Shown here in pieces: positions 17,078 through 31,252 of a DNA stretch of 64,000 nucleotides. This DNA comes from the human T2T-CHM13v2.0 reference genome, Homo sapiens. Position 1 is the stretch's first letter; every line of letters begins with the position of its first letter. Position numbers and translations under genes: made by a program. The notes below the pieces were generated by a model. That model was not told the origin of the DNA. It searched no databases and saw only the letters and a list, made by a program, of their open reading frames with translations. The stretch lies in assembly GCF_009914755.1 (NCBI RefSeq), contig NC_060926.1, one strand, 5' to 3'.

Positions 17078-18109
17078 CAGACATTTTCTTTTTTGCCAAT
17101 ATTTTGCACATGAGCTGTAACAAATCATATATAATAATAATAATAAATGGAATATACATTTTTAAATGATTGCTTGATTTTAATTCTGTGGGGAGGAAGA
17201 GTGCTACAATTAAGGTAATAGAAATGTCTTTTCTTTCCTTTCCCTCCATGCCGTCTCCCCGCAAAGAATTTCCTAAGATTTTGATGGATTCTTATAGAAA
17301 TTGTACAAGCCTATGGAGTGTTTATTTCTCCTCTTAATAATCACAAATAACAACCAAATATTAGAGATTCCAAACATTGAAATGGCAGGAAAGTTCTTTT
17401 GGTTCATAGATTTGCACACTTTTTCCTTGGCTTCCCTCGAAGTGTGAGCTTATGAGAGAGACTAGATGTGATAAGACGTAAGGGGAGAAAAAGGTCTTGG
17501 TTACTGGCAGAAATATAGCCGCAGGGAGACATAAATGTAATCAAAAAGGCTTTCTCAACTGCAGAAAAGAATTCCAGCCTTTTTTATCCAGATGGGCAAC
17601 CCTCTGGGTGGGCTGATTTTGTGAGTCAATCAGATCCAAAGTATATGTCTAGAGATTACAAGGAAATAAATACATTTGTGGGTCAGAAATGTTTCACCTG
17701 GTCCGAACTGCTTTCTTTCTCTCTCATTTTCATTAGTTTGGAGTGTGTGTGTATCTAAACCGCCCTGCTTTTCTCTCAGATCAGTAACACATTTGCTATT
17801 AACTTTGGTACAACACTGCTTTAGAAATACAGGTTACAGTTATTCAGAATTTTAAGTTGAATTTATTTATACTGTCTCCATTCTTTAAAGACTAGAAGTG
17901 GTTTAATAGAACATACATGATGTATTTGTGTGTATTTGTGTCATATGCTTTTGGAAAAAGTCACTTGTCAATTCCACAAATAGTTCTTGGGCGTCTACTA
18001 TGTTTAAAGTATCTTGAAGTTTATAAAGATGAATGAAATGTCCTTGATTGAATCTTGGTGTACTACCTTGTCCAGAAACACTTGCTATTTACTAAAAGGA
18101 TAACAACCT

Positions 18110-18278
18110 TACCTGCATATCAAAATCACCTGGGGAGCTTGTTGAAAATACACCGGCCCAGGCTTCGGCTCTCAGCTTAGGGAGATTCTGATAATACGCA
18201 GAGCCCAAGGTGTGTGTAGTTTTAACAAAAAGCTTCCCAAGCGAATCTGATACACATCTAGGATTAAGAAACACTGCT
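18110..18278. mobile_element. MER5-like (hAT) element
   Basis: ctgcatatcaaaatcacctggggagcttgttgaaaat...ttttaacaaaaagcttccc...aagaaacactg. Confidence 0.7.
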
Positions 18279-19162
18279 TTAAACTAAGAAAGGACTAACT
18301 GCAGAAGTTCAGCCACAAGTCAACCAGATGTATGCCCTTAACATTCACATGAGCAGTTGGCTAAAGTCTCTTATAAGGCTATTTCTATTTCCGAGGTTTC
18401 AGAACGGGTAGTTATAGTCTGAAATACACCCCAGAGGACAGAGTCAGGTCCAATCTTTTCTGTAAGACACCTTGCTCAAGACTGCTGTGAAGGAATAAGA
18501 GAGCTGCAGCCAAAGATCATCCCAAAGTCTCCCAGAACACTCTATCATTATATCCATCTCACATGAAATATGGGTGTGTACATTTTTTCCTTCACTAGAT
18601 TGGCAAGTATTCCAGCGCAGGGCAAATCTCTTTTTTCTCCCACCAAGGAACACAATATCCCATACATAATAGGTGTTTGACAGGTTTTTTTTTTTAATTG
18701 AATTGAATCCTTACCTAGCTCCTAGGGTCTGACTATATATACCCATAAATTATACATCTGTTTATAAAACATTTCAATCACACCAAAGAACATATATATG
18801 GAAGAAAGAACGATAAACAAGCACCCATGGACCCACCCCCCCGTTTATGAAACAGAACTTTGCCAGTGCTTTCGAAGTTCCTTACTGAACTAGATCTTTT
18901 AAAAACAGCAACGATTTTCTGAATTTTAATCAGAAGGCATGCATTCCTTCATTCATTGATTCGATTCCGTCATGGTCAGACCCGCCTACCAAGTGTCAAC
19001 ATGATATACACGATGTAAGTATTCCACTGTTGGGGTGAGGAGGGTCAAAAGTGACAATATGCTATCTCCAGAGACTACGGATCGCCTTTGCTGCAAATGG
19101 TCCCAACCCGGCCTGGCGCTCTAGAGCAGGCGTGGTTTCTGCGCGCGGACACTTTGGAGAGA

Positions 19163-19186
19163 AACTACGCGTCCCGGCAGTCCGCG
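19163..19186 (+). promoter_or_regulatory. ZNF143/THAP11-type motif (ACTACnnnTCCCR)
   Basis: aACTACgcgTCCCGgcagtccgcg immediately upstream of the GC boxes. Confidence 0.65.
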
Positions 19187-19204
19187 GGGCGAGTGGGCGG
19201 AGCC

Positions 19205-19225
19205 GGGCCGGGGGCGGGGGCCGGG
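19205..19225 (+). other. Potential G-quadruplex
   Basis: GGG-CC-GGGGG-C-GGGGG-CC-GGG: four G-runs with 1-2 nt loops, and more G-runs on either side. Confidence 0.6.
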
Positions 19226-19426
19226 CGCCGGGCGAGAGGGGGCATTGTGTAGGGGAGCGCGGAGCTGCATTTGTCTGCTCCAGGTGCTAGCCAGGCAGGC
19301 GCAGCCGTGGCCGGCTAGGGCTGGAAGTGTCAGCGGCGGCCGCGGGCCCGGCAGAAGGCCGAGTAGGAGGGACCACGCGCCGGGGGCCGCGATCTCTGGC
19401 AGGGGGCGGTGTGCCAGCGGAGCACC

Positions 19427-19507
19427 ATGCACATAGGCGCCCAGCGCCCCGACTACCCCTCCCGAGGAAAAGAGGCCGGGGCCGCGCTGGGGCGGCGGAG
19501 AGCATGA
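19427..19507 (+). other. Upstream ORF 1 (26 aa, MHIGAQRPDYPSRGKEAGAALGRRRA)
   Basis: accATG (A at -3), TGA at 19505-19507. Assumes the TSS lies upstream of 19427. Confidence 0.55.
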
Positions 19508-19545
19508 GGGAGGCCGGGGGGCGGCTCGGCTTGGAGCGCTGCTAG
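19504..19545 (+). other. Upstream ORF 2 (13 aa, MREAGGRLGLERC)
   Basis: agcATGa; its ATG overlaps the uORF1 stop (ATGA); ends TAG at 19543-19545. Confidence 0.55.
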
Positions 19546-19702
19546 GGAGCGGTGCGCGCCGCACACCCGCCTGGGCGCGGCGGAGGGCGGGGAGCCGGGC
19601 AGGTCGCGCCTGCGGGCGGCAGCCGACCGCCGGGAGCTGTTCTGATTTCCGACGCGCACGCTAGGGGCCCGGAGCAGCCCCCGGCCCCGGCGCGCCGCCG
19701 AC

Positions 19703-19819
19703 ATGGGCAACGCAGGGAGCATGGATTCGCAGCAGACCGATTTCAGGGCGCACAACGTGCCTTTGAAGCTGCCGATGCCAGAGCCAGGTGAACTGGAGGA
19801 GCGATTTGCCATCGTGCTG
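19703..19819 (+). CDS. FMNL2: Formin-like protein 2, coding part of exon 1 (39 codons; N-myristoylation motif MGxxxS)
   Basis: Translation [39 protein letters not shown] matches the FMNL2 N-terminus as I recall it. Strong Kozak gccgccgacATGG. Ends at consensus donor CTG|GTAAGT (19820), phase 0. Lies within a CpG island. Confidence 0.96.
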
Positions 19820-20178
19820 GTAAGTGCGCGGCGGCGGTCGGGCGCGGGGACCCGGGGCCCCGGGCCGGGCGGCGCAGCTGACCCCCGCCCCTCCCCTTCA
19901 CCCCGTGCCGGGAGCGAGCCTCCATTCCCGAGGGGGAGGCTCCCGCTTTCCCCTTTGTGGCCCCCCAGCACTCCTCTTCACCCCCCTGGCAGTCCCCCGC
20001 GCTCAGTCTCTCGGGGTCCCGGGATGGGGATGGGGGCTCAGGGCCGGCTGCCCAACCAGCCTCGAACCCATTGTCTGGCTGGAGAGGCACCTCACGGCGC
20101 GTGTGCCCGGGAGGTGCGGCGTGGGCGTGAAGAGAAGGTGGCGCGGGCTGGGAGGAGGAGGTGGCGAGCCGCTTAGGC

Positions 20179-20189
20179 TTTTTTTTTAA

Positions 20190-20220
<31 letters not shown>

Positions 20221-20230
20221 CAAAACAAAA
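20179..20230. repeat. T9-A8-(CAAAA)7 simple repeat inside the CpG island
   Basis: Read directly. Confidence 0.95.
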
Positions 20231-21497
20231 CACCCTGAGCCCCTGCGGACCATCCCTCGGGCGGCCAGCCCGGGACCTGCGAAGTCCCCGGCAGATGGGG
20301 CGCATGTGGCCGGCCGCGGGCGCCGCGCCGGGCGGTGAGCGGAGGCGAACTTGGAGGGCTCACGTCGCGGCTTGGCCAAGGGGAGCTTCCCCGAAAGGGA
20401 AAGCGGAGACCCACAGCAGTGCGGCGCCCCGGCCCTTGGCGAGGAGCAGGGGCATCTGAAACCCAGGCCGGGGAGAACCTCAGCGCGTTCCCTCTAGACT
20501 TAAATCTTAAACCACAAAAATGTGGAGTTTTGCGGGGACGTGTTGCGAGCTGTCCTGACTGCACGGGCGACCCCTCCCCTCCTCTTGCACGCCCAGCCAG
20601 GTCCCCCGCTCCCTCCTGCATTCCGCTTCTCCCAGCTTTCCAGCTCCTCAAATCCAGGACTCTGAAAACTCCCCTCTTTCTCCCTTTCCTGCTGGGACAG
20701 TGTCTGGGCCCCTCCCAGCCGAGGCTTGTGCTGTGAGCTGCAGAGGGTGTGGCGGCTTGCCCCAGCCAGGATCTGGACTGCTGTTGGTCCCCCAGACTAC
20801 CAGTTTTAGTGTCCCAGCCTCTTCTAAGGGATGTTGGGAGGGACACACACAGGCGAGATTGGGCTCATTCCTACTCCTGACACTTGGACACTTCTCTTTT
20901 CCTAGTTGGTTACCTCTAAACTCCACAAGACTAGGCAGCAAGGGAAACTCGTGATCCGGGCAGCCAACGATTGTGCCTGCCTGCGGGTTTTCTTTTCTTC
21001 TTTTGTTTTCATGAAAACTTAGAACTTTGGCAGAGGACTCGAGTTCTAGATCAAAAATCGGTTTTCTGAGGTGTGCTCAGCTACAGGACGTTCAAATTGC
21101 CTGCCTTCAGGCCTTGAAAAAGGAATGGTTTGGTATGGGAAGTGATGTTCTGGATGGCAGGTTAGCTGTGTGCTCTTTGGGAGAACTGAGCTCTCTCTCC
21201 CGCCACCTGGAAACTCTGGTGTGGCCGTCGGGGAGACAGATGAGGTTGCTTGTGTTGCTTTGCATCTCCTGTGATCTCCCACAGCTGCTCCCACCGTTGT
21301 GCAAGATGGGACACTGAAATGAAACGGCCTAGGCATAACTCTCAAGGCGGCCTGGGTGCATACTTGACCTGCTTTTCCAGAGACAAACGTTTTTCTTCAA
21401 AACCCTCTTCCTACTAGACATATGGTTCTTACCTCCTGGCTCTGGCTTTTTTTCCTCCTGGCTCTGGCTTTTTTGTTTTTCCATCCATGCTGTGGTG

Positions 21498-21500
<3 letters not shown>

Positions 21501-21533
<33 letters not shown>
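21501..21533. repeat. (TG)16 microsatellite
   Basis: Read directly. Confidence 0.95.
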
Positions 21534-21534
<1 letters not shown>

Positions 21535-22927
21535 TGAATACTTGTGGTGGAGGAGCCAGTGACACAGGGAAACCAGTGCAGCAGCCATAATAATAACAAT
21601 AATGCAATTAAGTTCTGCTTGACTAGGATAGCATTTTTTTTTGCTTGAGCTTTCATTTACCCTGCTGATTAATAACACATGGTGTGAATTAATCTTTAGA
21701 AAAATAATGTCCCATCATTAACATGGTGGATTTGTGTTCTTGTTAAGGCTAGCAGTTGCAAATATAGTATTTAGACAATTATGATTGTACATCCCAAGCT
21801 TCTTGGGGCAGGGTTGTTGTGGCTACTTTTACACTACTGTGTGTCGCAGTTACTGGGTGCAATTCCTTTTAAAATTGTTTACAATATTCTAAGCCTCTCA
21901 ATCAAGAAACAAAAACAATACCAGGCTGACCTTTTATTGAGTAGAGACAAAGCTTTTGGGGGACCAGGTCAGCTTGGGAACCCTCTTCCTAGGGACGCAT
22001 TTGGACCATTGATGCGTTCCTTGTCCCAGGTCAGCTCCACTTGCTCTTTGACAATCTGTGAGAGGAGTTGAAACCTTCCAGATCATCTCCGTGGGCCAAT
22101 AGAAGTGCGCAGTGTTGGTGATTTCTCTTGTTTTTTTTTTTTTTCTGGAGTTGTGTGTGTGATAATCTCAACTTTGCTTTTCTTCATGAGTTGCTTAAGA
22201 AATCAGTTCAAACCATTTAATTGTGGACATCAATCTTGAAGGACAAGTTTTAAGTGGCAGATTTTTAAGTATGTATGTGGAGGGCAATGGAAATTGTGTT
22301 GGCATTATTGATACCAGTTCAACTTTCTTGTATAATAAAGATCATACGGGTGTTTTGGGAGGAAAACCAGATAGTAATACTGTATAGAAAAGTGTCTAAG
22401 CACCTCATTGTAAGTATGGCTAACATCAATAATTAACAGACTGTTTCAAGCTAGGAGAACAGTTCCTCCCAACTTCCAGCTCTAGAATATTTAAGGCCTC
22501 AGAGAGAAGTAAACAAAAATTAAAATGACAAAAGTCCATTTTATTTCTTGTTAGGAAAGCCTTAAGAGAGAACAAATCTATTCAATGACTATACCCTCCC
22601 TCCCCATCAGTTTATATGGGTTAAATTGTGCGAATATAAAAAATTAGTGGGTATGAATGGAAATGAGAGAATAAAAGACTAATGAATTAAGACTAGAGGG
22701 GTGAACTTTGAAAAGTAATCTTTTTAATAGAAAAAAATGGAGTTAGTGACTAGCAAAAATTGGATCCCAGTGTTAGGAGTTTAATCCTCCCAAGGATAGG
22801 TATCTTCAGTATCATTATAGTAATAGTTATAAAACTTACATTTAAGGGAAAAAATTACTGTCTTAGTGTATACATTTAAACCATTTGCTTCCCTGTATTG
22901 ACCTTTCAGGTACAGCTGGAAGGTGAG

Positions 22928-22929
<2 letters not shown>

Positions 22930-22962
<33 letters not shown>
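22930..22962. repeat. (CA)16 microsatellite
   Basis: Read directly. Confidence 0.95.
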
Positions 22963-22967
<5 letters not shown>

Positions 22968-23216
22968 GCATATGCCTTTGTGTGTGTGTATGTGCAATGT
23001 TTCTGTTATACTCTAACCTATGTATAATTTATATGGAAGTGTTTCATAAATTATAAAGTCAGCCACGTACTTCAATCTTTGTTCTTTTAGGATGTAAGGA
23101 TGTATATATTTCATAGGTAATATTAGCCTGTGTTTTTTGGGGGTTCTTCATATCTGTAATAGCCATGTGGCCCTCCATTGTATTTATTAACCATTGTCTA
23201 ATTTTGGGGGTTACAT

Positions 23217-23416
23217 CAAGCTTGTCAACCACTGCCTGTGGGCCTCATGGGCCCAACGCAAATTCATAAACTTTCTTAAAACATTATGAGATTTATTTCA
23301 TGATTTTTTTTTAAGCTCATCGGCTATCGTTAGTTTTTGTGTATTTTATGTGTGGCCCAAGACAATTCTTCTTCTTCCAAGTGTGGCCCAGGGAAGCCAA
23401 AAGATTGGACATCCTG
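23217..23416. mobile_element. MER30 (hAT-Charlie MITE)
   Basis: MER30-like body (tgtggcccaagacaattcttctt...gaagccaaaagattggac); perfect 8-bp TSD ggttacat at 23209-23216 and 23417-23424. Confidence 0.88.
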
Positions 23417-24003
23417 GGTTACATACACACATCCACAAATACTCCCATGTCTTTTATTTTTAAAGATGATGATAAGAAGGTGGTTCTGGGTGGATGTGGT
23501 GAACAACTGATGGTTTTTGTCCGAGAATACCTGTTTCTACATTAGACACTGCATAATATTATTCACTCATTTTTGGCTTGCAGTCACTGTTTACAACTTA
23601 AAAGGCACACCCTTGGATGCCTTTGTTGAAGAGCTATCCTTAAAATTCTTTTGTTGAGTTTCAGAGGAAAGGACAATTTTAAGTCTGTGTCTTAGCTGCT
23701 GTATCTTGTGCAATATCAGGTGTCAGGCAGCACTGCAAACAGATTTAAAATTATTAGGAAGTAATGGTTTAGGGCAGTATTATATTTGGTATCAGGAACT
23801 GCTTTGGTATCTGATTAATTTGAGTCCATTTCCTTCTCATTTTTTTTCTGCATGTCCTGAGATTGAATGTGGTCATTTTGTTTTAGGAAGGAGTGGGAAC
23901 ATTTTCTGAGTATCTACTATGAGTAGGCCTTTTACATGTTCTCATTTAATGCTCACAGTAACTAATGCTATCAGCAATACTATAGATGCATAAGTAATGA
24001 TTA

Positions 24004-24307
<304 letters not shown>

Positions 24308-24723
24308 ATATCTAAGTTGCCTAAAATTATACAGTTATTAAATAACCAATCTAGTCTTTCAGCAGAGATTTGGATCTGTTCCCTACTCCCCCTGGCCTTT
24401 CTTTTATATTATGCTTCCATAGGCTTAGAACTGGGAAGAAAAAAAGGGCCTGCGACTAGCAGTAAAAAATTCCTGTCTGGTTAGTGCAAATTTCAGACTG
24501 GATAAAGTTGGCAGAAATTCTTCAGAAGTGACTGAAGTGAGGTGCATTTGAAGTTTCTTCTCTTTAGATGTCAAGCCTTTTGGCATCTTCACTGTGCTCT
24601 TCTATTTTCAAGCATGGAGTTAAAAATTGATCTGGTCCAAAAAGGTGCTCTTCAGTTTTTCTTTTCAAGGCAGATTTGAAATACCTTGGCTGAAAAGTTT
24701 GTTCTCCAAATCAGAAGGAATAG

Positions 24724-25098
<375 letters not shown>

Positions 25099-27414
25099 GG
25101 AAGGTCAAGTTTTAACATTTAAGTTTACTTCCCACTGCAAGGTGTTGCTCCCTTTCAGCCACTTCCAAGGAAAGCACTTGCCATAAAGTCTGTTAAGCAG
25201 ATGGGCGGGTGGGAGTGTAGTGAGGCCATCAGATGCTGCTGATTTGTATTCTCACATTCTTTCTCCTGTTGTGAGGGGAAGAGAGTGTGGAAGAGGGGTG
25301 GTGGAGTGTTGGCACTTTGAACCATTACAGTTTCACCCTAGGCAGTAACTCCCTGAGCTGTTTTATTCTCCAAAGTGGGAATATATGGTTAGGGCTGTTG
25401 TCATTATCAGGATGCATTTTTTCCTCCTAATAATACCAGTAAAAACTGTGACAATATATTGGGGTATCTAGGATAGAAGTTGATCAAATGCAAATGTTTG
25501 GCTCCAGGAAGAGACTGGCAACAGTGTAAAGTGATGAAATTTGGGGAGAGATGGTATGCGTGGCCTTAAATCCGTAAGTGATAAGAAGTACTTTGGCTTG
25601 TGGCCTGTCATTTAGCATTGGCCTGGGAGGCAGGAGACCTAGTTTCTAGAATCATATTTGCTGCACCAACTTGGACAAGTGAAACTCTTTCCTCTGGCCC
25701 TTGGTTTTCCTCCTTTGTGAATGGGAATAAAATTTGGCACAATTGTTAACATAGTCGTGAGATGATGGAAATCATACCACTTGAAAACAAAATTTCCAGA
25801 ACATAATACATTGTGATTCATTAGTTGACATTGGCTTTTGAAGAGCTTTCAGGTGGAAATGTGTGTAGGGGTGTTCTGTGTGGTCTAAAGAGTAGAATTC
25901 CCCAGGGTCAGTGACTGAAAGTCATATGAGCATAGGGAAAAATATTCTAACATGTAGAGTTGTTGAAAATGGATGGTGAGTTCTCCGTTAAAGTTATTCA
26001 GATAATCTGTGTGACAAACACTGGTGATTGGAAGGCCCTTTGCAGCCCAAGAAGATAGGAAGTACATTATTGGCTCGAAAGTTGCCCTCTTTGAGGTGAG
26101 TCTGCAACTTGCAGGTTCTAGACATAGAATTATAACACCTGAGAGTGGGGAAAGATCTCCTGGTAGGTGCTTCCTGGGCTTAAAGAAGAAAAAGATACGT
26201 ATGGGCTGATGTTTGTTCTGGAAATTCATTTGACTTTATAAGAACTGTTGCTTAAAGGGTTTGGTCTTAATGAACAGTGCTCTTCTTTTTCATATTTAGA
26301 GCTTGGGGAATAGGGACAAGGTAAAGTGGGCTCTCCAGCCCTCAGGTTTAAGCAAGTAATAGATGTCAAAAAAGTAGCTAATACAAGAAGCACTGATTAT
26401 AGATGATTGCCCCTCCTTTGCAAGAGGACGCTGTAACTGGTGTACTTTTAGGAACAAAGCATTGAATCCTTATAAAAGAAGGAACAGCCTAGAGGAACTT
26501 AGGAGGGAAGGTGAGTTACAAGCTATACAGTTGCTTGGCAGATCTCATCTTGTAGAGCGGCTCTTTATGGAGTGCCACTCCCATCCCTGCAAATAAGAAG
26601 TGTGTCCCTAGGCTTTGGAGTCATGGTTCCTTAGAGAGCCTTCATGTACCTTCTTAGTTCTCACCTACTTGAACACTGGGGACAGAGATAGCTCATTGCT
26701 TGTCTTCCCTTTAGAATTCCATCTGTTCATACTGCAGGGTGATCTTCCTCCCTCCTCCCCAGTGACCCCTTCCTCCTTTCCAGAAACCTGTCTTTCAACA
26801 TAAATGCCAAGGACTATGCAGTTTCCAACTGATAGCATATAATTTGGAAGCAATGTCTAAGGGAAGAGCTGTTAGGTTGGAGAGCTGCCTCTTGAACTGT
26901 GATCTCAACCAAGGCCCGGAGATGTGGACCAGACGGGCTTGGAATTCTGAAATTGGGCAACATTCAGCCCTATTTACCAGGTATGATGGTATTTGATGTT
27001 GACAGATAAAAATGTACATTCTTTTCACTGTCTGAAAAAACAAACAGAAAAACATGACCATCAGTGTTCACTGGTAGGCAATTATCACAAACTCTCTATG
27101 ATTTCTAGTCTTGTATAGTTTCTAGGACAAACTTCATATAGTTTCTGTGATTCCATGATCTTCAGTGTTCTTGTTTAGCCTGTAATTGACTTTGGTGACT
27201 CTCATTTCACATGTAACCTTAGTCTCCTTTTTTCTTTGCAGAAGTTCTGATGCATTTGTAAGCCCCTGTAACCATTGCCACAGAAGCTGAAAGCCTTGAG
27301 GTGTTTAGACCCTGCTATCCCCAGAAGTAATCTCACTTGACTGACTTCTGTGCATAGAATATGCCCATGGCTTGGTTTTGGGAATGATGTCAAATATCAA
27401 ATAGTTCATATTTT

Positions 27415-27702
<288 letters not shown>

Positions 27703-27913
27703 TAAATAGTTCACATTTTTGACCATGTGCCTGGTGCTGGGACACTAACGTGTGACTGATGGTGCTTTTAAATAACACATCTCACTAGTCTCAAGACCTG
27801 TCTTGGTTGAGGGTTTGCTCAGGAACCTGACTTCCCTTCCTTGTTTTTTTTCTCTCCGTGGAAGTTTGGCAGAACACCTTATTTAAGCTAGAATAAGGGT
27901 ATTGGTAAGTTAA

Positions 27914-28410
<497 letters not shown>

Positions 28411-30092
28411 GCTAGATGTTTTCCCCCTTTTTCTTCCTACCCCAAAGACCAAGCCAATATGCCTATGAGTTAAAACCAGCAGAAAACAAGATAATGAGTG
28501 TAATAGAAAAGGGATTGTTTAAGAAGTTAAACAAAATTTTGGATAGATTAGGCAAAATTGAGAAGGTTGAGAAGAGTTAAAAAAATGAAAGATATTTGAT
28601 TCAACTAAAAGCAACAAGATGAAAAAATACAGAAGAAAAGGATAAATCCTGTTGAATGGTAGAGAGACTTTATTTAACTATTTAAGAAATGACCACCAAA
28701 TTATCATAATGAAAATTTGTGAGAAAATTCTATACATATGGTGTAAGATTAAGCAATGACCCAGAAGTATACTTCTGGAGTAGAACAATCAATAAATCAA
28801 TTGCATTTTTGCTTAGGCCTCCATTCTGTAGCCTAATTGTTTGTTGGTTCAATGCAGCCCTTTTGCTTTGATCTCTGGTTTTACCATTTACAAAGACTTG
28901 ATGAGCTTGGCTTCCTGTAGTGAAATTCAAATATACTTGTGAAATGTAAACAACATTCATTTATTAAGAATCCTATAATCAAGGCAAATTGGCATGCTTA
29001 TATAAGCAATTAGCCTTGAGAATAGAAAGATAAATAGGATGCTAGGTCAAGAATGAGCTGATTGTTCTCAATGCAAGACTCTAGTTATTTCTTTATTCAT
29101 TATAATGTAAGCAAATAGACATTCCTCTTATTCATAATTTTTAGCATTTGTGGTTTGGGGTTTGAGGACAGCATATGTGGTTTTCTGGAACTGAGAGGAT
29201 AGTAGCAATTATTGTTTCATTTTGATTTAGAAATATAAATCAATCTTATAAGGAACTGTAGGTAGTTGATTTATGACTAGATAAAACTTTCTAATAATAG
29301 GGAACAGGGCAAGAGAGGGTATGGATTTAAATGGGAATAGTAAAGGATAATAATAGTTTTATTTTGGTGGGGAAGGTAAAGAAGATGACAATTTTACAGT
29401 GGCAGAAAGATTGAAAATAGTCTCATCTGCCCTCATTGAATAAATTGAATAAAAAAGGAATAACATTCTTTTTTTTATTGGCATAGAAGGAAGCATTATG
29501 ATAACTAATAGCAGGAGAAGTTGGATATGTCATGATCAGATTTGCACCATGGCAACACTCAGTTTTGCCCAGTGAGTTCAGTACTGCTAAATGTCTTATT
29601 TGTGAAAGCTAGAGAACCTAAAATGCAAAGGCAGTGAATTGGGTGAATAGCTTTGTTAGGTTCAGTTCTGGCCCTTTCATTCCCTGATATGGTCACCTTT
29701 GTTGTTCTTCCAAAGAAATTTTCTCTTTGGTGACAATGGAGTATCTTGACTAATCAGGGTTCTTTATTCCCAAGGACTTCTGCCTGGTGAACCTAGGAAG
29801 CCAAATGTTTTGGGACCAGGATGCCATAAACTTGGATTCCCAGGGCCTTACCATAAAGTCACTCTACGCCAACTAATTTGGCCATCCAGATGCGAACCTG
29901 GAGAAGCCATTTAGAACTCTGTGGCCTCCTGGGCTTGTGCAGTCCTTCCTCTTGCCAGTGTTTACACCCTCCAGTGGCCTTTTATAGCAGAATGTTTGGT
30001 TTGGTTCTCAGGGTCCACTTTTTGGAAAGCATTGTTTGGCTTAGAAATCTCCAGATCATTTGTGAATTTACCAGGTCTCATTTCTCATTTAA

Positions 30093-31252
<1,160 letters not shown>

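Larger units (their letters stand above)
19070..20620. promoter_or_regulatory. CpG island / FMNL2 promoter, 5'UTR and start of intron 1
   Basis: Abrupt rise in GC and CpG density against CpG-depleted flanks. GC boxes GGGCGG at 19195 and 19212. No obvious TATA box. The TSS cannot be fixed from sequence. Confidence 0.93.

Noticed and set aside
19820-20176. Extension of the FMNL2 ORF to 157 aa
   Set aside because: Read-through into intron 1 past a consensus GTAAGT donor; similarity to FMNL2 stops at the donor.
20288-20304. CTCF-like ccggcagatggggcg
   Set aside because: Mismatch in the core GGC; expected by chance in a CpG island.
19743-20846. 367-aa antisense ORF (and other long ORFs at 19051-20954)
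   Set aside because: Stop-poor GC-rich CpG island, non-ATG start, low-complexity P/G/R/A composition, and it reads through the (CAAAA)n repeat. No recognisable domain.
21432-21474. 22-bp direct duplication (cctcctggctctggctttttt x2); similar ~34-bp duplication at 53997-54062
   Set aside because: Ordinary slippage duplications with no motif suggesting function.
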